Positions 27,250 to 39,600 of a DNA stretch of 64,000 bases are shown here, in pieces (position 1 is the first letter of the stretch; each line of letters opens with the position of its first letter). The position numbers and the translations under genes are program-made. The DNA is taken from contig CM119269.1 of assembly GCA_051294375.1 (NCBI GenBank), positions 11,700,883 to 11,764,882 on the forward strand. The letters run 5' to 3'. Source of the stretch: Paraspadella gotoi. Its lineage: Eukaryota; Animalia; Chaetognatha. The notes beneath the pieces are model-generated. The model was not told the origin of the DNA. It made no database searches and worked only from the letters and a program-made list of their open reading frames with translations.

Positions 27250-28760
27250 CTAGAAATGAATTTAGAATGAGACATTAAGGCGAGTTAAAATGCGTTAGAT
27301 GCTGTTCACCATTGCCATGACGCCAGTTGGAAGAAGAGGCAAATTGTGCCTTCCAATGGGTCCGTGTCACAGCAAATGGAGAGCTCCCTATGGGCATCCA
27401 AGCTGCTTGCAACATGGAGACCTCGAATGGACTGCGACCGTCAGAGAAAAAGTCTGTAACTTCTCACGTGAGAGCTTGGACTGTTGCCATCTTTTTTGTC
27501 ATCGAAATTTTAATAGATATTTGATAACAATACGTATCGATACAACCTAATATGAATAAAATAGTTTACCTTTCGTTTTTGATTATTTTAGGTCACATTA
27601 CGTAAAACGTTTTGACTTTTAACTAATTGAATTTTTAGTACTCAAGAAAAAGTTGAGAATAATTTAAAGGTAAATTTTAATTTTTAAGAATTATCAGATA
27701 AACAAAGATGCAAGTTTATAATCAAATCCCTGATGTCAACTAGGATGGCAATATCTGCATAGCATATAGCATATATATCGCCATAATCACTGCAAAAAAA
27801 TATCTATCATTCTGCTTTCAAAAAAACTGCATGCTGCTTTCTAACTTTATGCTTGGTATTTGCTACCATACAACTTGATTATTAAATATTAAGTGCCGTA
27901 TTTGAGAGTATATCATGAAAAAATTATAAAACTATAGATATAAATTATTTAATACTTTCTTTAGTATTAAAACACTGATCGTTATTTAAACCCTTAACAC
28001 AATTACATCTAGTGACTCTCAATTACAGCGTAATGTAAAAGCTCTAAAGAAATTGTAATAATCTTTTCATTTCATTGTTTTTTTTAACAAACAATCTTTG
28101 CTTTTAACACATCATCAATATTAAAAAAAAGCAATTAACGATAAGATAAAAATAAATAAATTTAAAAAATTATACCAATAAAAAAAACATATAACGGTAA
28201 GAAAAGTATAGCTAAAAAATGAAAAAATATACTACTGACAGAAACTATGAAAAAAAACATGGAATACTTAACACTTATTAAAAAAAAGGACAAAAAACTA
28301 TTTTCACCGCTTGAAAATCTACCGGATTAGTTTTCCTGTCAAGTATCCTAATTCTTTCTTTCTATCCCCCGACCCTCCTCCTCTCTCTCTCCCTCTCTTC
28401 CTCTCTCTCTCCCTCTTCATCTCTCTCTCCCTCTTCCTCTCTCTCTCCCTCTTCCTCTCTCTCTCCCTCTTCCTCTCTCTTTCTCTCTTCTTCTCTCTCT
28501 CCCTCTTTTTCCAGTGGATACGAGTTTTCAGAGAGCGACACCTACTCGGTCAGCTACGACAAACCGGGAATGTCCATCCTAAACAACGGGTCAGAGGTCC
28601 TACATCACGTGACGCCGATCACACACAATCCAGACAACATAGAGCGCGTCTCCGTCATCATGGCTTTCGGAGTGAGGGAGTATTTGCAAGTCGGTCTGTC
28701 TGTCTGTGCGTCTGTCAGTTAGTGTTTGTGTTTTGGTCTCTCATTACTTCGGTCTGTCTG

Positions 28761-28820
<60 letters not shown>

Positions 28821-31800
28821 CCTCTCTTTCACCAACCAATCGATTCACATTCCTCTCTTTTCACCATTCACAATTCAATTCACAATTCTTATCCAAGTCA
28901 CGCAACGCCTTCCGTCCGGACAAGCTCTGCCTCCACACGATGTACTTCTGCGACAACCACACGGGCCTCTACGGCTACGAGTTCTTCCGCTACAAGGCCT
29001 GGCACATGATGTCCGTCTTGAAGGCCTACGCCGAGGGGGAGCCCTTCGTTTCCGGCGGAGACGCTGACTTAGCCGAGAAGTTGAGGGAAGTCGCCGAGGA
29101 GCTCAGCCGGGCGGCGGCGATGATCGAAAATCCCGCGCTCGACCGGATCAAGTGGGTTTCTTTTTGTTGCTGCGGCGGCTCCCGCTGTTGAGGATGCTGC
29201 GCTGATTTTTATGCTGCTGATAATGATTTTTCCCCTGCTGCCGCTGGATCATGATGACGATAATGATGTTTGTAATAATATGCTGATATCATTCTCATTT
29301 TCATTCTCAATCCCATTCTCATTCTCAATTTTCATTCTTATTCCTATTTTTTCCCCCATTCTCATTCTTTATCTTATTCCCTCACTTATTTTCATTCCCA
29401 TTCTAATTCTCATTCTCAGTCCTGTTTTTTTATTCCTAATTCTCCTTCTCATTCTTCCAGATTCTATCACGAGGAGAACAAAGAATGCACGACTCGACAT
29501 CCGGAAAAAGACGCAGACTCGACTCTAAACATCAACAGTAACAACAGCAATCTCTTCGGTAACATCAGCTTCACTCGGGAGCTGGAGAGATTAGATCATC
29601 CCGACATGGAGGAACACTACGGTCTGCGATAAAAACTGTCTCGTTCTCTATCTCTCTCTTTGATAGAAAGATGTGAATTGAAACTGTTTATATATATATC
29701 ATCCTTTGTTTGTATATTATCCGTTCATTTTTCTTTCGCGTGTGAATTTTTTTCTGCTTTGTTTTGAGAGCGTTCATTATTACAAATACATGTATATTTA
29801 TGACGTCGAGTCTACTAAATCAATTAATATTTAGACTTGTTAACTCCGTTATAATCAAGAGAATTTTCTAAAAGAGCTGAACTTTTAGCCTTAATTTAAA
29901 ATTAAGTTAGTTTTTAGATTTGGTTAGGGATCAAGGGTTAGAGAATAAGGTTTAGAGATTAGGGGATAAGGTTAGAGATTAGGAGATAAAGTTAGAGATT
30001 AGGAGATAAGGTTAGAGATTAGGGGCCATTGGTGCCGGAGGCAAGTCATTCGCCTCCCAACCCAAAGGTCCGGGTTTCTAGCCCAGTGGCCGCCTAGCAT
30101 GGTGTTACAGCCTGATCCGAAGCTCAGGGACTGCTTATATTGAACGGTTCTGTCATTAACACTTATAAATAATTACTGTCTCTTCATTGGTGAGCCCGAC
30201 TCTCGAACACAACAGCAACAACAACACTTTCAGGCGACATGCCTCAACTTGGCGATGCACTTTCCGCTAAAAACACATCAGGCGACATGCCTCAACTTGG
30301 TGATGCACTTTCCACCAACAACAACAATTCACTGAAGAGACGCAACAGACTTCTCTCTACAAGTGGGGGGGATGTATGGTGGACTAAAATCCACCAACCG
30401 TTCATCAGCGGCCATTGGTGCTGAAGGCAAGTCATTTGCCTCCAAACCCAAAGGTCCGGGGTTCTAGCCCGGTGGCCGCCTAGCAGTTAAGAGGGACGGG
30501 GTGCTTAACCCGCCTGTAACATGGTGTTACAGCCTGATCCAAAGCTCAGGGACTGCTTATATTGAACGGTTCTGTCATTAACACTTATCAATAATTACTG
30601 TCTCTTCAGGGTTTAGATTTATGAATTAGTTTATGGTTAAGGATCAGAGTTGGGAATTAGACTAAACATTTGATAAGAGATTTAAAAATTTAAGATGAGT
30701 ATTAATAAAGTTAAAATTAAGTTCGCGGATTAAGAACAGAAACGGGGCGCTTCCGGAAAAGAGTGCCGGTATAGTTAAACGAAGAAAACCCGAGCCTCAC
30801 CCTGACCCTAACCTCACCTGGAGCCAGAATCCCGGCGAGAATTCTCTCGTACTGAAACTGATTAAGATCGACGGGTAAGTTGCTGACGAGGAGAGAGATT
30901 TCCGATCCGTGAGGATCAAGTTTTTGGTGAAGGTAATGACGAGTGAGACGATAGAGAGAGAGTGATTCACGTCGAGCTCGTTGGAGAAGTTTCAAAGGTT
31001 GGTCGGTGCTGATGGCGGGTGAGGAAGAAGGGTAAGGTCATCTCGGCCAGTCCCGGATTAACACAGATATTTTTGTCCCGAGTGTTGAGAACCCGCCTGA
31101 GTTTCTTCTTTAACAACACTCCGCCTGACCCCTTTTTACAATGACGTTTACCAGAACTGAGAGCCACCTTTCTCTAGAAATGAATCTGATGAGCCTCTCA
31201 AAGGGATTTACTCACAAAGCCTCACCGCCATCTCTATGGATAAGGTGTTAAGTGGATTGAAGATTTTTTGTGCCCCCTCAGCAGCAATGGAACGGGTCCT
31301 GGGCTTGGAACCATGCTTGAGGGTTTGCCACCTCCCCTAAGGCGGTTTACGTCCGTCCTCAGGCTTCCCGCAGGGTAGATACCAGGTTGGGATTAAACCC
31401 GGTAACTAGTGGTCATGAGCTGATGGTATTACTCAATGAGCCACCGGGTAACAACTGAAGGTGTCATGCTTATAAGCGGGGTGAACTTGGCGTTATGCTC
31501 GAACTTCCTGTTGATCCTTCTCTCTGCATTTTTACCCTTTGGTCCGGAATGCCCTTACAATGACTCATTCATCAGTGAGTCCTTTTAAAGTGAAACTCCC
31601 TCCTCAGTCCTCACCCCGTGAGCCGTCTCTCAGTGATCCCCTTGTCCAGCAGAACCTCGACCAGCTCGAACTTTCTCGGGTCTTCGCCTTCCATGTTGAA
31701 TTTGGTGAGAGCGGTTTCGATGACTTCGGCCGCCGTCGTTTCAGAAGTGATGATCACTTTCTTGTAGTTGAAACCGAATGAGAGTCTGAAGTATTTATTG

Positions 31801-31947
31801 GTGTTTAAATCAGTATTTATTGTTTTAGTATTTATTAATATTTATTATTACGTAAGTAGTGAGACGTATTTATTAGGCATTGTTATTAAGGAGTGGGACG
31901 TAATAATACAATTTAGTGGCGAAATGATGAGACAGAGACAGTTTGAT

Positions 31948-32018
<71 letters not shown>

Positions 32019-32535
32019 TTTGAAACCGTTTGCCCACAATTCTTTATTAATGTTTATTAAAAAAAAATAATTTGAAAGTATGAATAAATTAAATATTTCA
32101 AAAGGATTCCGCGTTCCCATTCGCAGGCATCGCCCAAACAAGTCAACCTTTACCAGACTTACCTACTGTTGTACCGCATAATTCCGGGATAAACTTTGAT
32201 TGCGCCTTGGGTAAGGTCGGCGTCGTTGTGACGCAGCACGACGGCTGGCAGACCGACGTGGTCGCCGATCGTTTCGGCCAACGCGCCCGACAAAACAATC
32301 TGACCAGAAAGTGAATATGTTTATCAGTTTGTCTGACAAAATGTTTTTTGTCTCTCTCTCTCTCTCCCGCATTCGTGTCGCAGTCTTTCTTTTTTTTTTT
32401 CTTTCTCTCTTTCTTTTTTCTTTCTTTCTCCTTTCTTTCTCTTTTTTCTTTCTTTCTTTTCTTTTTCTTTCTTTCTTTCTTTCTTTCTTCTTTCTTTCTT
32501 TCTTTCATCTTCTTTCTTTGCTGCCTCTCTCTTCG

Positions 32536-32623
<88 letters not shown>

Positions 32624-34196
32624 CTTACGCTTTCGCTTTCTAAGCTATCGACGTCTTCTTCGTCGTCTTCGTCGTCGTTTTTCAAATTCGGTTCCGCGAT
32701 GTAAATTCTTATTTCATCGCAGATGTTGAAAAGCGTGAAGACCCGCGACCTGCGAGAGAGAGAGAGAGAGAGAGAAGAGAGAGAGAGAAGAGAGAGAGAG
32801 AGAGGAGAGTAGAAAGAGAGGAGAGAGAACGCCATTGAAGAACTCGTGAACAATTTTGTGACTCAAATTTCACTTTTGACAAAAGTTCAGACTCACAATG
32901 ACGTCCTCTGTGGTTGAATGCTTCTTCAGTGTGACTGTACGGAAACTCCGCTTTCGAAGAGAGCGATTTCCGTCGAAGACCCGGATGCTGATTGCTGCGA
33001 AAGTGAATTTGAACCCGAATGTACATTGTACAATGTACAACGTACATTGTTGAATACGGAAGTTAGTTTTATCAAAAACAATCACAATCAATATAAGAAT
33101 GAAAAGTGGAAAAAGACAAATTACTTTTAATTAACTAAAATTAAGGATTATGAAATAAGGTTAGGGATTGGAGGTAAGGATCAGTGTTACGGAGGTCACG
33201 GATTAGTAACAGAAATGGACCGCTTTCGGATAATAGTGACAAAGTTTTTTTGGAAAATTTATTAATAAATGGGAATTTTTACCGTCGGATTCTTGCGAAT
33301 CTCCTTTGGACTTTGAATGGGCGGATGCTGAATGAGACGAGTGGGCGAGGCCGGAGAAGTCGTAACCGGAAGTGACGTCGGACGCGTGACGCGACGGGAC
33401 GGTCCCGACGCCCGCGGATTCCTCCGTCGGCGAAACCGTGGACGGATCGATCGAAGTCGTGTGCGACCGGCCTTGAGAAGTGGAATGTGCAAATGGAGCA
33501 ATTGTGCAAATGTGTTAATGGGCAAATGTGCAAATGCGCAAAATATTGCAAAATATTGCAATTTGTGACAGAAAATTCCCTGTTCCCTCTTTTAATTATA
33601 TGATACAAAGATCAAAAAATTAAAAAAATGCTTACTAATGTGTTTTATTAGTAACAGCTTGAAAAAAATTATGTTTTTTATTAAACTTAAAATAAAAAAA
33701 CATTTCTTAAGGAAATCTACTAGCATTTTCATCCTTCTCCCATTTACGGTATTACGGTATTTACGGTATTAATTATTTATAGGAAAAAAAATTTGTATTC
33801 AAGTCATAATTTTATGAAAGCAAAAATACGCTACCCCAACCTGTCCCCTCCTCCTTCCTCCACCCCCCCCCGCCGCTTAAACCTTTAGTGAGATGCATTC
33901 CGAGGATGTTCTCCATCGGGAGTTCGGTTCTCGGCACCGTCACGGCTGCAGGTGGCAGCACGATCTCTTTGAGTTCCCCGAAATCGCAGGAAACCGGAAG
34001 AAGTTGAAGACATCCTGCGTGGGCGGTGACGCCACACCACTCGCAACGAAAACCTTTAGGGGAAAGAAGGGTGGAAAGAGAGGTGGTCTTAGCTTGAATT
34101 GTTTAATTATATATACACGAATTGGCTAAACGTTAAATAGTTAATTGCGTCTGTATTTATTTTTAACAGAAGTTTATAAATCGGCAAACTCACTAT

Positions 34197-34250
<54 letters not shown>

Positions 34251-35561
34251 ACGTAGACTCATAACGTAGTGAATCACTTGATTAGCATTCCGTAGTAGGG
34301 TGGAGTGATGAAAAGATTGAGCAATGGAACAATGTTTTTTTGCTGCCTTTGTATATGTAATAAAAAATACTTAAGCCTTTTTTTAAAAAAAATTTGCATA
34401 ACAGTATCATTAATTGAATTTTTTTTATAGTAATATCCTTATAAAATCATAAAATTTTAAAATCATATTTTTTTAATTTTAAGTTTCGGATTGGCCGGAA
34501 AAAACTGAAAAACTTTTGTAAAATATCTTACATGATATTTTTAGGTTAAAGCTGCGAAAAATGACCAAAATGTTTCATCATATAATAACATCTGGCCCAT
34601 AATTATTTGGACGGCTTCCGGGGCCTGTAGACGGCGTCCAGGACTCCATAGAAAGCTCCTTTTTTTTAAAATAAAGCCTAGGATGTTTGTCTACTAAACT
34701 GTGAATTTTTTTTTTTTATCGGCCCACGCATTTTCAAGATGCAGTCAATTTCCTCTGAAGCGCGCCATCAAGTCATTGCCCAATTCTACCAAAATCATGA
34801 ACAAGAAGGAACAGCATTTACTTTACAGTATTTTTTGAAGCTAAATGTTAGCCGTCTATCTATATATCGCGTAATACAAAGAGTAAAGTCTGGAGATACT
34901 CTCAAACACAAAAAAGGCGCAGGGCGGCCAAGAAAACTCACAGCAAGACAGTTGCACACCATCGTGAAAGGAATGGAAAATAAAGTTGGGTTTTCTACGA
35001 GAAAGCTGGCATCTCGATTTAAAGGTCCCTACGCCACATTTCACTAGAAAATTGTAACTTTTTTTGGTTCAACTTGTTCGTCTGTATTTAGTTAACGTTA
35101 TTAGTATTAAAAAATTATATTTTGTATTATATTTACAATAAAATGTTATAAACTGTAACACATTCAATCTTTTGTCTCAATAATTATGGGCCAGATGTTA
35201 GTTTTTACTACAAAGCGTAAAAAAGTGGAGAATTTGACCTTTTTTTCCATTTTTTGATGCTGAAGACATTGAAATTTTTAATAACATATTTTATATTTTT
35301 GATCTAACGTTTTATTAAGAATCAAAATCTTTAATATAAATTTTTAAAAAATTATTTAGAAAATTTATGATTTTATAAGAATATTATAATAAATATATTG
35401 TAATTAATGATACTGTTCCCCAAACAATATAGGCAAAATATTTTTTGTACTCCTTAACATACTATCTCACGTCTAAATATCCTTGTTTGATCACTCAAAT
35501 AAAATTTATGTTCCCCAGTGCTCCACTCTATTCAGTAGTCCAGCGATTCCTATTGCAATGC

Positions 35562-35628
<67 letters not shown>

Positions 35629-38393
35629 TCCGAATCACCTGATAAGCATTCCGAGGTCCAGCAATTCTTTTTGCAATGCCCGCATTTAGAGTTCACCGGG
35701 AGATTCCCTTCTCTCCAGTGATGATAATACACGGTGGACAGCTATTTTCAGAATTCGGGTTTGGAATAAAAACTGACCCTAACGCGTCGATGATTATTAT
35801 TAAGGATTCAACTTACCAAATCTCGATGCGGTGAGTAGGTAGCACATTCTTTGCAATCGCTGACTGCAAATTCGCGACAATCCAAGTGAACCACATATTC
35901 ACAAACTGAGAAATTATAGCAAATTAGCTAGAAAATTAGCATCACACTTAGATTAAGGGAGCAATAAAAACGTCCCATTTAGGCTTAAATACAGAAGTAA
36001 ATTAATCTTTTAAGTTTAAAGATTAGTTAAGAATTGGAGAAAAAAATTTAGTGAAAGATAAAAGGGATGAAAAAAAGAAATGAGGCGGTCACGGAAAATA
36101 GCTCCTAAATTTCTTACTGTCACAACTGAGCGAGTGAGAATCGTCGAGTCTTCTTCTGCAAACGCAACAAAATTTTTTCTTGAGGCTTTGAGGTTCAGAC
36201 CAACAGTGAGCGACGGGGTTCTGAGTTGATAAAACGTTAATTTGACTTAATTAATAATTATTGAAACGTTGAAATATATTAATCATACCTTAATTTTATT
36301 TACAGCCATGCTCGTACAGAGAGATGTAATGGATTTGACGCATTTGTCGTGAGCAACGAAATTGCAAACTGATGACGCCAAAGTTTAATTCAAATGGTTA
36401 AGTTAAAATTACCAATGAAAAGATTAAAACTTGTATATGAACACATAAAGGCTAATCGGTCTCACCTTGGCATAGATACCCCGTTTGGAAATATCCCCAG
36501 AGAACTTCGCTGCAGTGATGACAGTGAGCCATTTTGTGGAATGTTTTCTTGGTGAAGCTGTGACCAGTGACGGCTTTATCTTCGTCTTCGTCGTCACTGC
36601 ACATTTAGAGAAATATTTAGTGTACTAGTTTTTCAGTTTTTATATTTGCACACTTTGCATATAATCGTTTGAAATATCGTGATTTTCACAATATATTTTA
36701 AAAATTGAAAACCAAATTTTCATATTTTTCAAAATAGCAAGCAAAGACGATAGAAAAATACAGTTTTAACGACGTGGAAAAGTGCTACATATTTTTATAA
36801 CCCAAATATAAGGAAATAATAAACAAGCAACAGCCGGGTTGCCTGTGATGCGCATTGGGATGGGGCATCTCACTGTTGGCTTTGGGGTCATCCGACCCTC
36901 AGTGACGCCTCCTGTCACTGGCGCGGTTACCCTAGGACGGTCTCGCTTTGCCAACGCAGAGGAAAGTCGTTAGGACTGTGGATGGTAAGCAACGCCTGGA
37001 ATGGTGCGTTCCCCCTCTGAGCCAATTGTATTGAACGATAGTGGACATGAGGCAGTGTGAATATACCGCCACACAACGTCAATTGAGAATCTGGCATGTA
37101 AAGTAACAAGTCACGTCAAAATCAAACACATATATCTTTCCGCGTTTAAAATGGTTCACATCTACTTGTCCATTGTGTCCAATGTCCAGTCCTCCTTTTT
37201 GACGAAATGCCCAATTAAGGACATAAAGCGACTTCGCTCCTTCCCCCCCCCCAGCCGCCTGCACTGCAATCCTCAAGTGATCAACCTCCCTCTACCTGCA
37301 ATAAGAGACGGTGGCGTTGATCTCGGAGTGAGAGCCGTGACTCGGCGGGTGACTCGGACCGTGACTTGGGGTGAGGCTGTAAGGGTGAGGCGCCTCGAAG
37401 GAAAGCGACGCAGCGGAGAGGGTCGGCGTCGGAGTCCGGAGAAAAAGCTCCGACGCGGACGGAGAGACGGACAAGAGAGAGTCGGAGATGCAACTCGACG
37501 ACAGCGCGTCCGAGCGGACGAATCTGGAATTATTGGACAAAATTGGACGAATAATTGTTGATTCATTGTTCATTGTTCATTCATTCAATAAATAAACCAT
37601 AAAATTGGTAGAAACAATATCAAAACTTTCCATTCTTTCCGAAAATAGCTGACAAGCAATCAAGTCCCTTTCACAGTTTATTAGCTTCATGAAGTTTGAA
37701 CTTTATACAACGAATATAACAATTAGCCATTATTTCAATGAACATTGAACAATTTATCTTGCCTCCTGACTTTGGCTAGGCTTATGGTGGGTTTTAACCT
37801 TAAAAGGCCTCCATCCTTTTTACAAATTACATAGCATGACCCTGCAAATTTTCATTCAAGACTTTTCAAATGTAAAAAAACAAATGCTTACAATCTGGTT
37901 CCTCTTTGGTTGACGCTCTGCAGGCGAAGAAGTCAGTTGAATAAAGAAAAAAAAGAAAAAAAAGAAATTAAATATTTTTCAAAAATTGTTATCGATAAAT
38001 GGTCTTAAAAATTTTTCAAAATAGTATATGCTTTTATTTGAAAAATATAATTCATTATTGTTACTGTATTGCACCTTTGTTTTGTTGCCATCTTCGTCTT
38101 CGATGTCGTTTCCGAAAACGTCCGCCGAAGCGCCCCATTCTTGAAGAAATAATACAAAACAATATTAATATAATTACTAGGTAATAGGATTCGGAGTTCG
38201 TACGGCTTTTTAAGTAAATAATTAATTCATCGAAGAAATAAGTAACCAAAACAAGATGACAAGGTTTAAAAAGATGTTCATTGTCCAATGTCCAATGTCC
38301 AATGTCCTGACCTGAATGGGGATCGAGAATTAAGTCCGGTTCCCTGGTCGCGCTTTTCGATCGCCCCTTGTCCTTTGAGCCGCCAGAGGGCAT
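8816..38393 (-). CDS. DGKQ: Diacylglycerol kinase theta-like (3 C1 domains, RA, RRM-like, catalytic domain); 3' accessory exons not in window
   Basis: GT-AG exons 38393-38312, 38139-38075, 37917-37892, 37523-37296, 36596-36466 ([17 protein letters not shown]), 36368-36289, 36220-36118, ~35905-35816, ~35742-35639 (HHWREGNLP), ~34053-33883, ~33471-33283, ~32994-32898, ~32749-32649, ~32299-32174, ~31785-31615 (RA domain), 31008-30818, 13065-12908 (noisy duplicate ~20880-20722), ~12616-12463 ([11 protein letters not shown]), ~11939-11840 ([12 protein letters not shown]), ~10796-10676 ([10 protein letters not shown]), ~9941-9802, ~8912-8816 (VMNNY..GIDAD). Confidence 0.9.
9030..9840. repeat. ~60-65 bp minisatellite derived from a DGK exon end plus donor site (duplicate 14240-14955)
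   Basis: Unit CACTCACATGAGTCGAGTCCTCCTTTTCATTCGACGAGTCAGCGATGGTCACC(CT)n, roughly a dozen copies. Confidence 0.9.
10973..11563. mobile_element. hAT-like MITE (~600 bp); copies at ~16089-17962, ~49010-49619 and 59020-59637
   Basis: TIR TA(A/G)(G/A)GCGTAGT. 8-bp TSD TTGGTCAG here and GTAATTAT at 59 kb. Confidence 0.8.
16371..17632 (-). mobile_element. Family C tandem mini-LTR element (3 LTRs, 2 interiors)
   Basis: LTRs ~16371-16631, 16866-17129, 17372-17632. Flanking direct repeat ATTAC. tRNA-Trp-like PBS and GGGGGGATCC PPT. Absent at the homologous site (~11240) of the duplicated segment. Confidence 0.88.
16921..17000 (-). ncRNA. Type-P5 twister ribozyme candidate, family C (also 16425-16507 and ~17427-17506)
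   Basis: Consensus of three noisy copies: CTGGC TTAA ATGT GA CGG TGCCGGTA T^AA ACAT GC C AGTGAC-loop-GTCACT G AGGG TCCGCAGC CCT AC GCCAG. P2 ACAT/ATGT is perfect in the middle copy; T1 is CGG/CCG. Confidence 0.75.
20880..22320. repeat. Purine-rich degenerate tandem array (also 13066-13326)
   Basis: Almost only A/G on the + strand. It generates the spurious K/R/E and F/S/L ORFs. Confidence 0.9.
23259..23478 (-). mobile_element. Family B solo LTR inserted in a MITE (second solo LTR at ~55880-56094)
   Basis: TGAAGAGAC...CCACCATA flanked by an AAAT duplication. The empty site is seen in the sister MITE at ~34455. Confidence 0.8.
24541..29632 (+). CDS. Fe(II)/2-oxoglutarate-dependent dioxygenase-like protein, 424 aa, nested antisense in a DGK intron
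   Basis: Eight GT-AG exons 24541-24692, 25013-25128, 25456-25591, 25726-25849, 26157-26320, 28515-28671, 28898-29151, 29461-29632 join in frame (1275 nt). Contains DHWHYD (HxD), [12 protein letters not shown] (distal His) and ERVSVIMAF (2OG-binding RxS). Confidence 0.85.
30024..30608 (+). mobile_element. Family B mini-LTR element; 5' LTR truncated and with a deletion in its twister
   Basis: LTR ends TCTTCA at 30186, PBS 30188-30200, PPT ~30365-30374, 3' LTR 30375-30608 with twister at 30483-30556. Confidence 0.85.
34296..35530. mobile_element. hAT-like MITE (TAGGGTGGAG ends) hosting a Tc1/mariner derivative; sister copy 23093-23938
   Basis: Inverted ends TAGGGTGGAG/CTCCACTCTA and near-perfect 8-bp TSD TTCCGTAG/TTCAGTAG. 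Confidence 0.75.
34587..35199 (+). mobile_element. Internally deleted Tc1/mariner-superfamily transposon
   Basis: TIRs ACATCTGGCCCATAATTATT with TA flanks. ORF 34739-35047 is an HTH-type N-terminus with GAGRPRKL; no DDE domain. Confidence 0.8.
36827..37073 (-). mobile_element. Family A solo LTR with mutated twister L4 (TCGGATGA)
   Basis: Homologous to 41960-42212. Smaller family A fragments occur at ~46880-46941 and ~50045-50170. Confidence 0.8.
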
Positions 38394-38957
38394 GCCCTGT
38401 CAAATAATCATGATCGATCGATCAATCAATCAATCGCAAATCAATCATAAACACGTTACCTTTTTAAGATGTGCCAAGTTAGGAGTGGTGTTTAGGTGAA
38501 AGTAACATTATGCTAAGCAACAATTGAATTTAACAAAACGAAAAACGTAAGAAATATTGAACAATCCGAAACCGGGATTAAAATTTATTAAAAATTATTA
38601 AAAATTATTAAAAATTGAGGTGAGGTTTGTTACATTACGCGTTAAGACTCGAAAATTAAAATCATTGTCTATTTAGACTTCACAAGATTGTTTCAAAACG
38701 AAACCGATAGTGATCCTTTTATGTGAATATTTGTAACCAAATATTTGACTCCAAAAAAAAAGCATTTTTTCGACAAAAGTTATTTAAAAAGTAATCATTT
38801 CGAAGAATGAATTTATTATTTTATCGATGAAAACACGAAAAAGAAATTCCAGTATCGTCATCCGACGTCGTAGTTCTTATGTCATCGCCACTACGTGTCA
38901 CCACAATCGTTGCCTCCGCGATACGGATCGTTCCGAGAAGGAATTACGACGTCCCTG

Positions 38958-39005
<48 letters not shown>

Positions 39006-39084
39006 TCTCTCTTCTCTTCTTTTCTCTCTCTCTCTCTCTCTCTCTCTACTCTCTCTCTCTCTCTCTCTTCTCAATACAATCTCA

Positions 39085-39096
39085 AGCGGCACTTCC

Positions 39097-39173
<77 letters not shown>

Positions 39174-39600
39174 GCGCCTCACCGGGCCGCTCCGTGACAC
39201 TTCCGCTTTGCCGCGATGACGCATGCGCCATGTGAAGGCCTCGTCACGCAGATGACGAGAGGACCGAAAAAGGGTGAACTCTCTCTCTCTATCTCTCTCA
39301 CTCTCTTCTCCCTCTCCCTCTCTCTCTTGTCACCCTCTCTGTTTTCCTTTCTCTTACCTTCTCTCCGTTCTCTTTGGAGCCTGGAACGCGAAATCTGATT
39401 GAACGAGAAATCCGGGACCCGGCGCTATCAACGATGACGTTCGCTCATTGGCTGCAAATCATTCTCGGAGGTTGTCCGCAGTATAAGAGAATCGCTGATT
39501 GGTTGGCTTCCTTTCTAGCCTTGCTGATTGGCGGATAGGAGAGTGAGGACGAACGCTGATTGGTCGTAGAGAACCTTCACGCGGCTTAGGCTTTGAAGCG
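39085..39600. promoter_or_regulatory. CpG-rich promoter-like region between divergent DGK and ANT
   Basis: Four ATTGG (CCAAT) boxes at ~39447, 39498, 39526 and 39559, ETS-like CACTTCCG at ~39090 and ~39198, NRF1-like GCATGCGC at ~39221. Confidence 0.55.

Noticed and set aside
29920-30022. Telomere-like TTAGGG repeats (also ~41500 and ~53800)
   Set aside because: Short, degenerate and interstitial; more likely TE-internal simple repeats.
31186-31215. CTGATGAGCC..GG possible hammerhead
   Set aside because: Followed by GATTT rather than GAAA; helices I and III are absent.
32715-32740. Frameshift in a DGK exon as evidence of a pseudogene
   Set aside because: Single extra base in a homopolymer, typical of long-read error.
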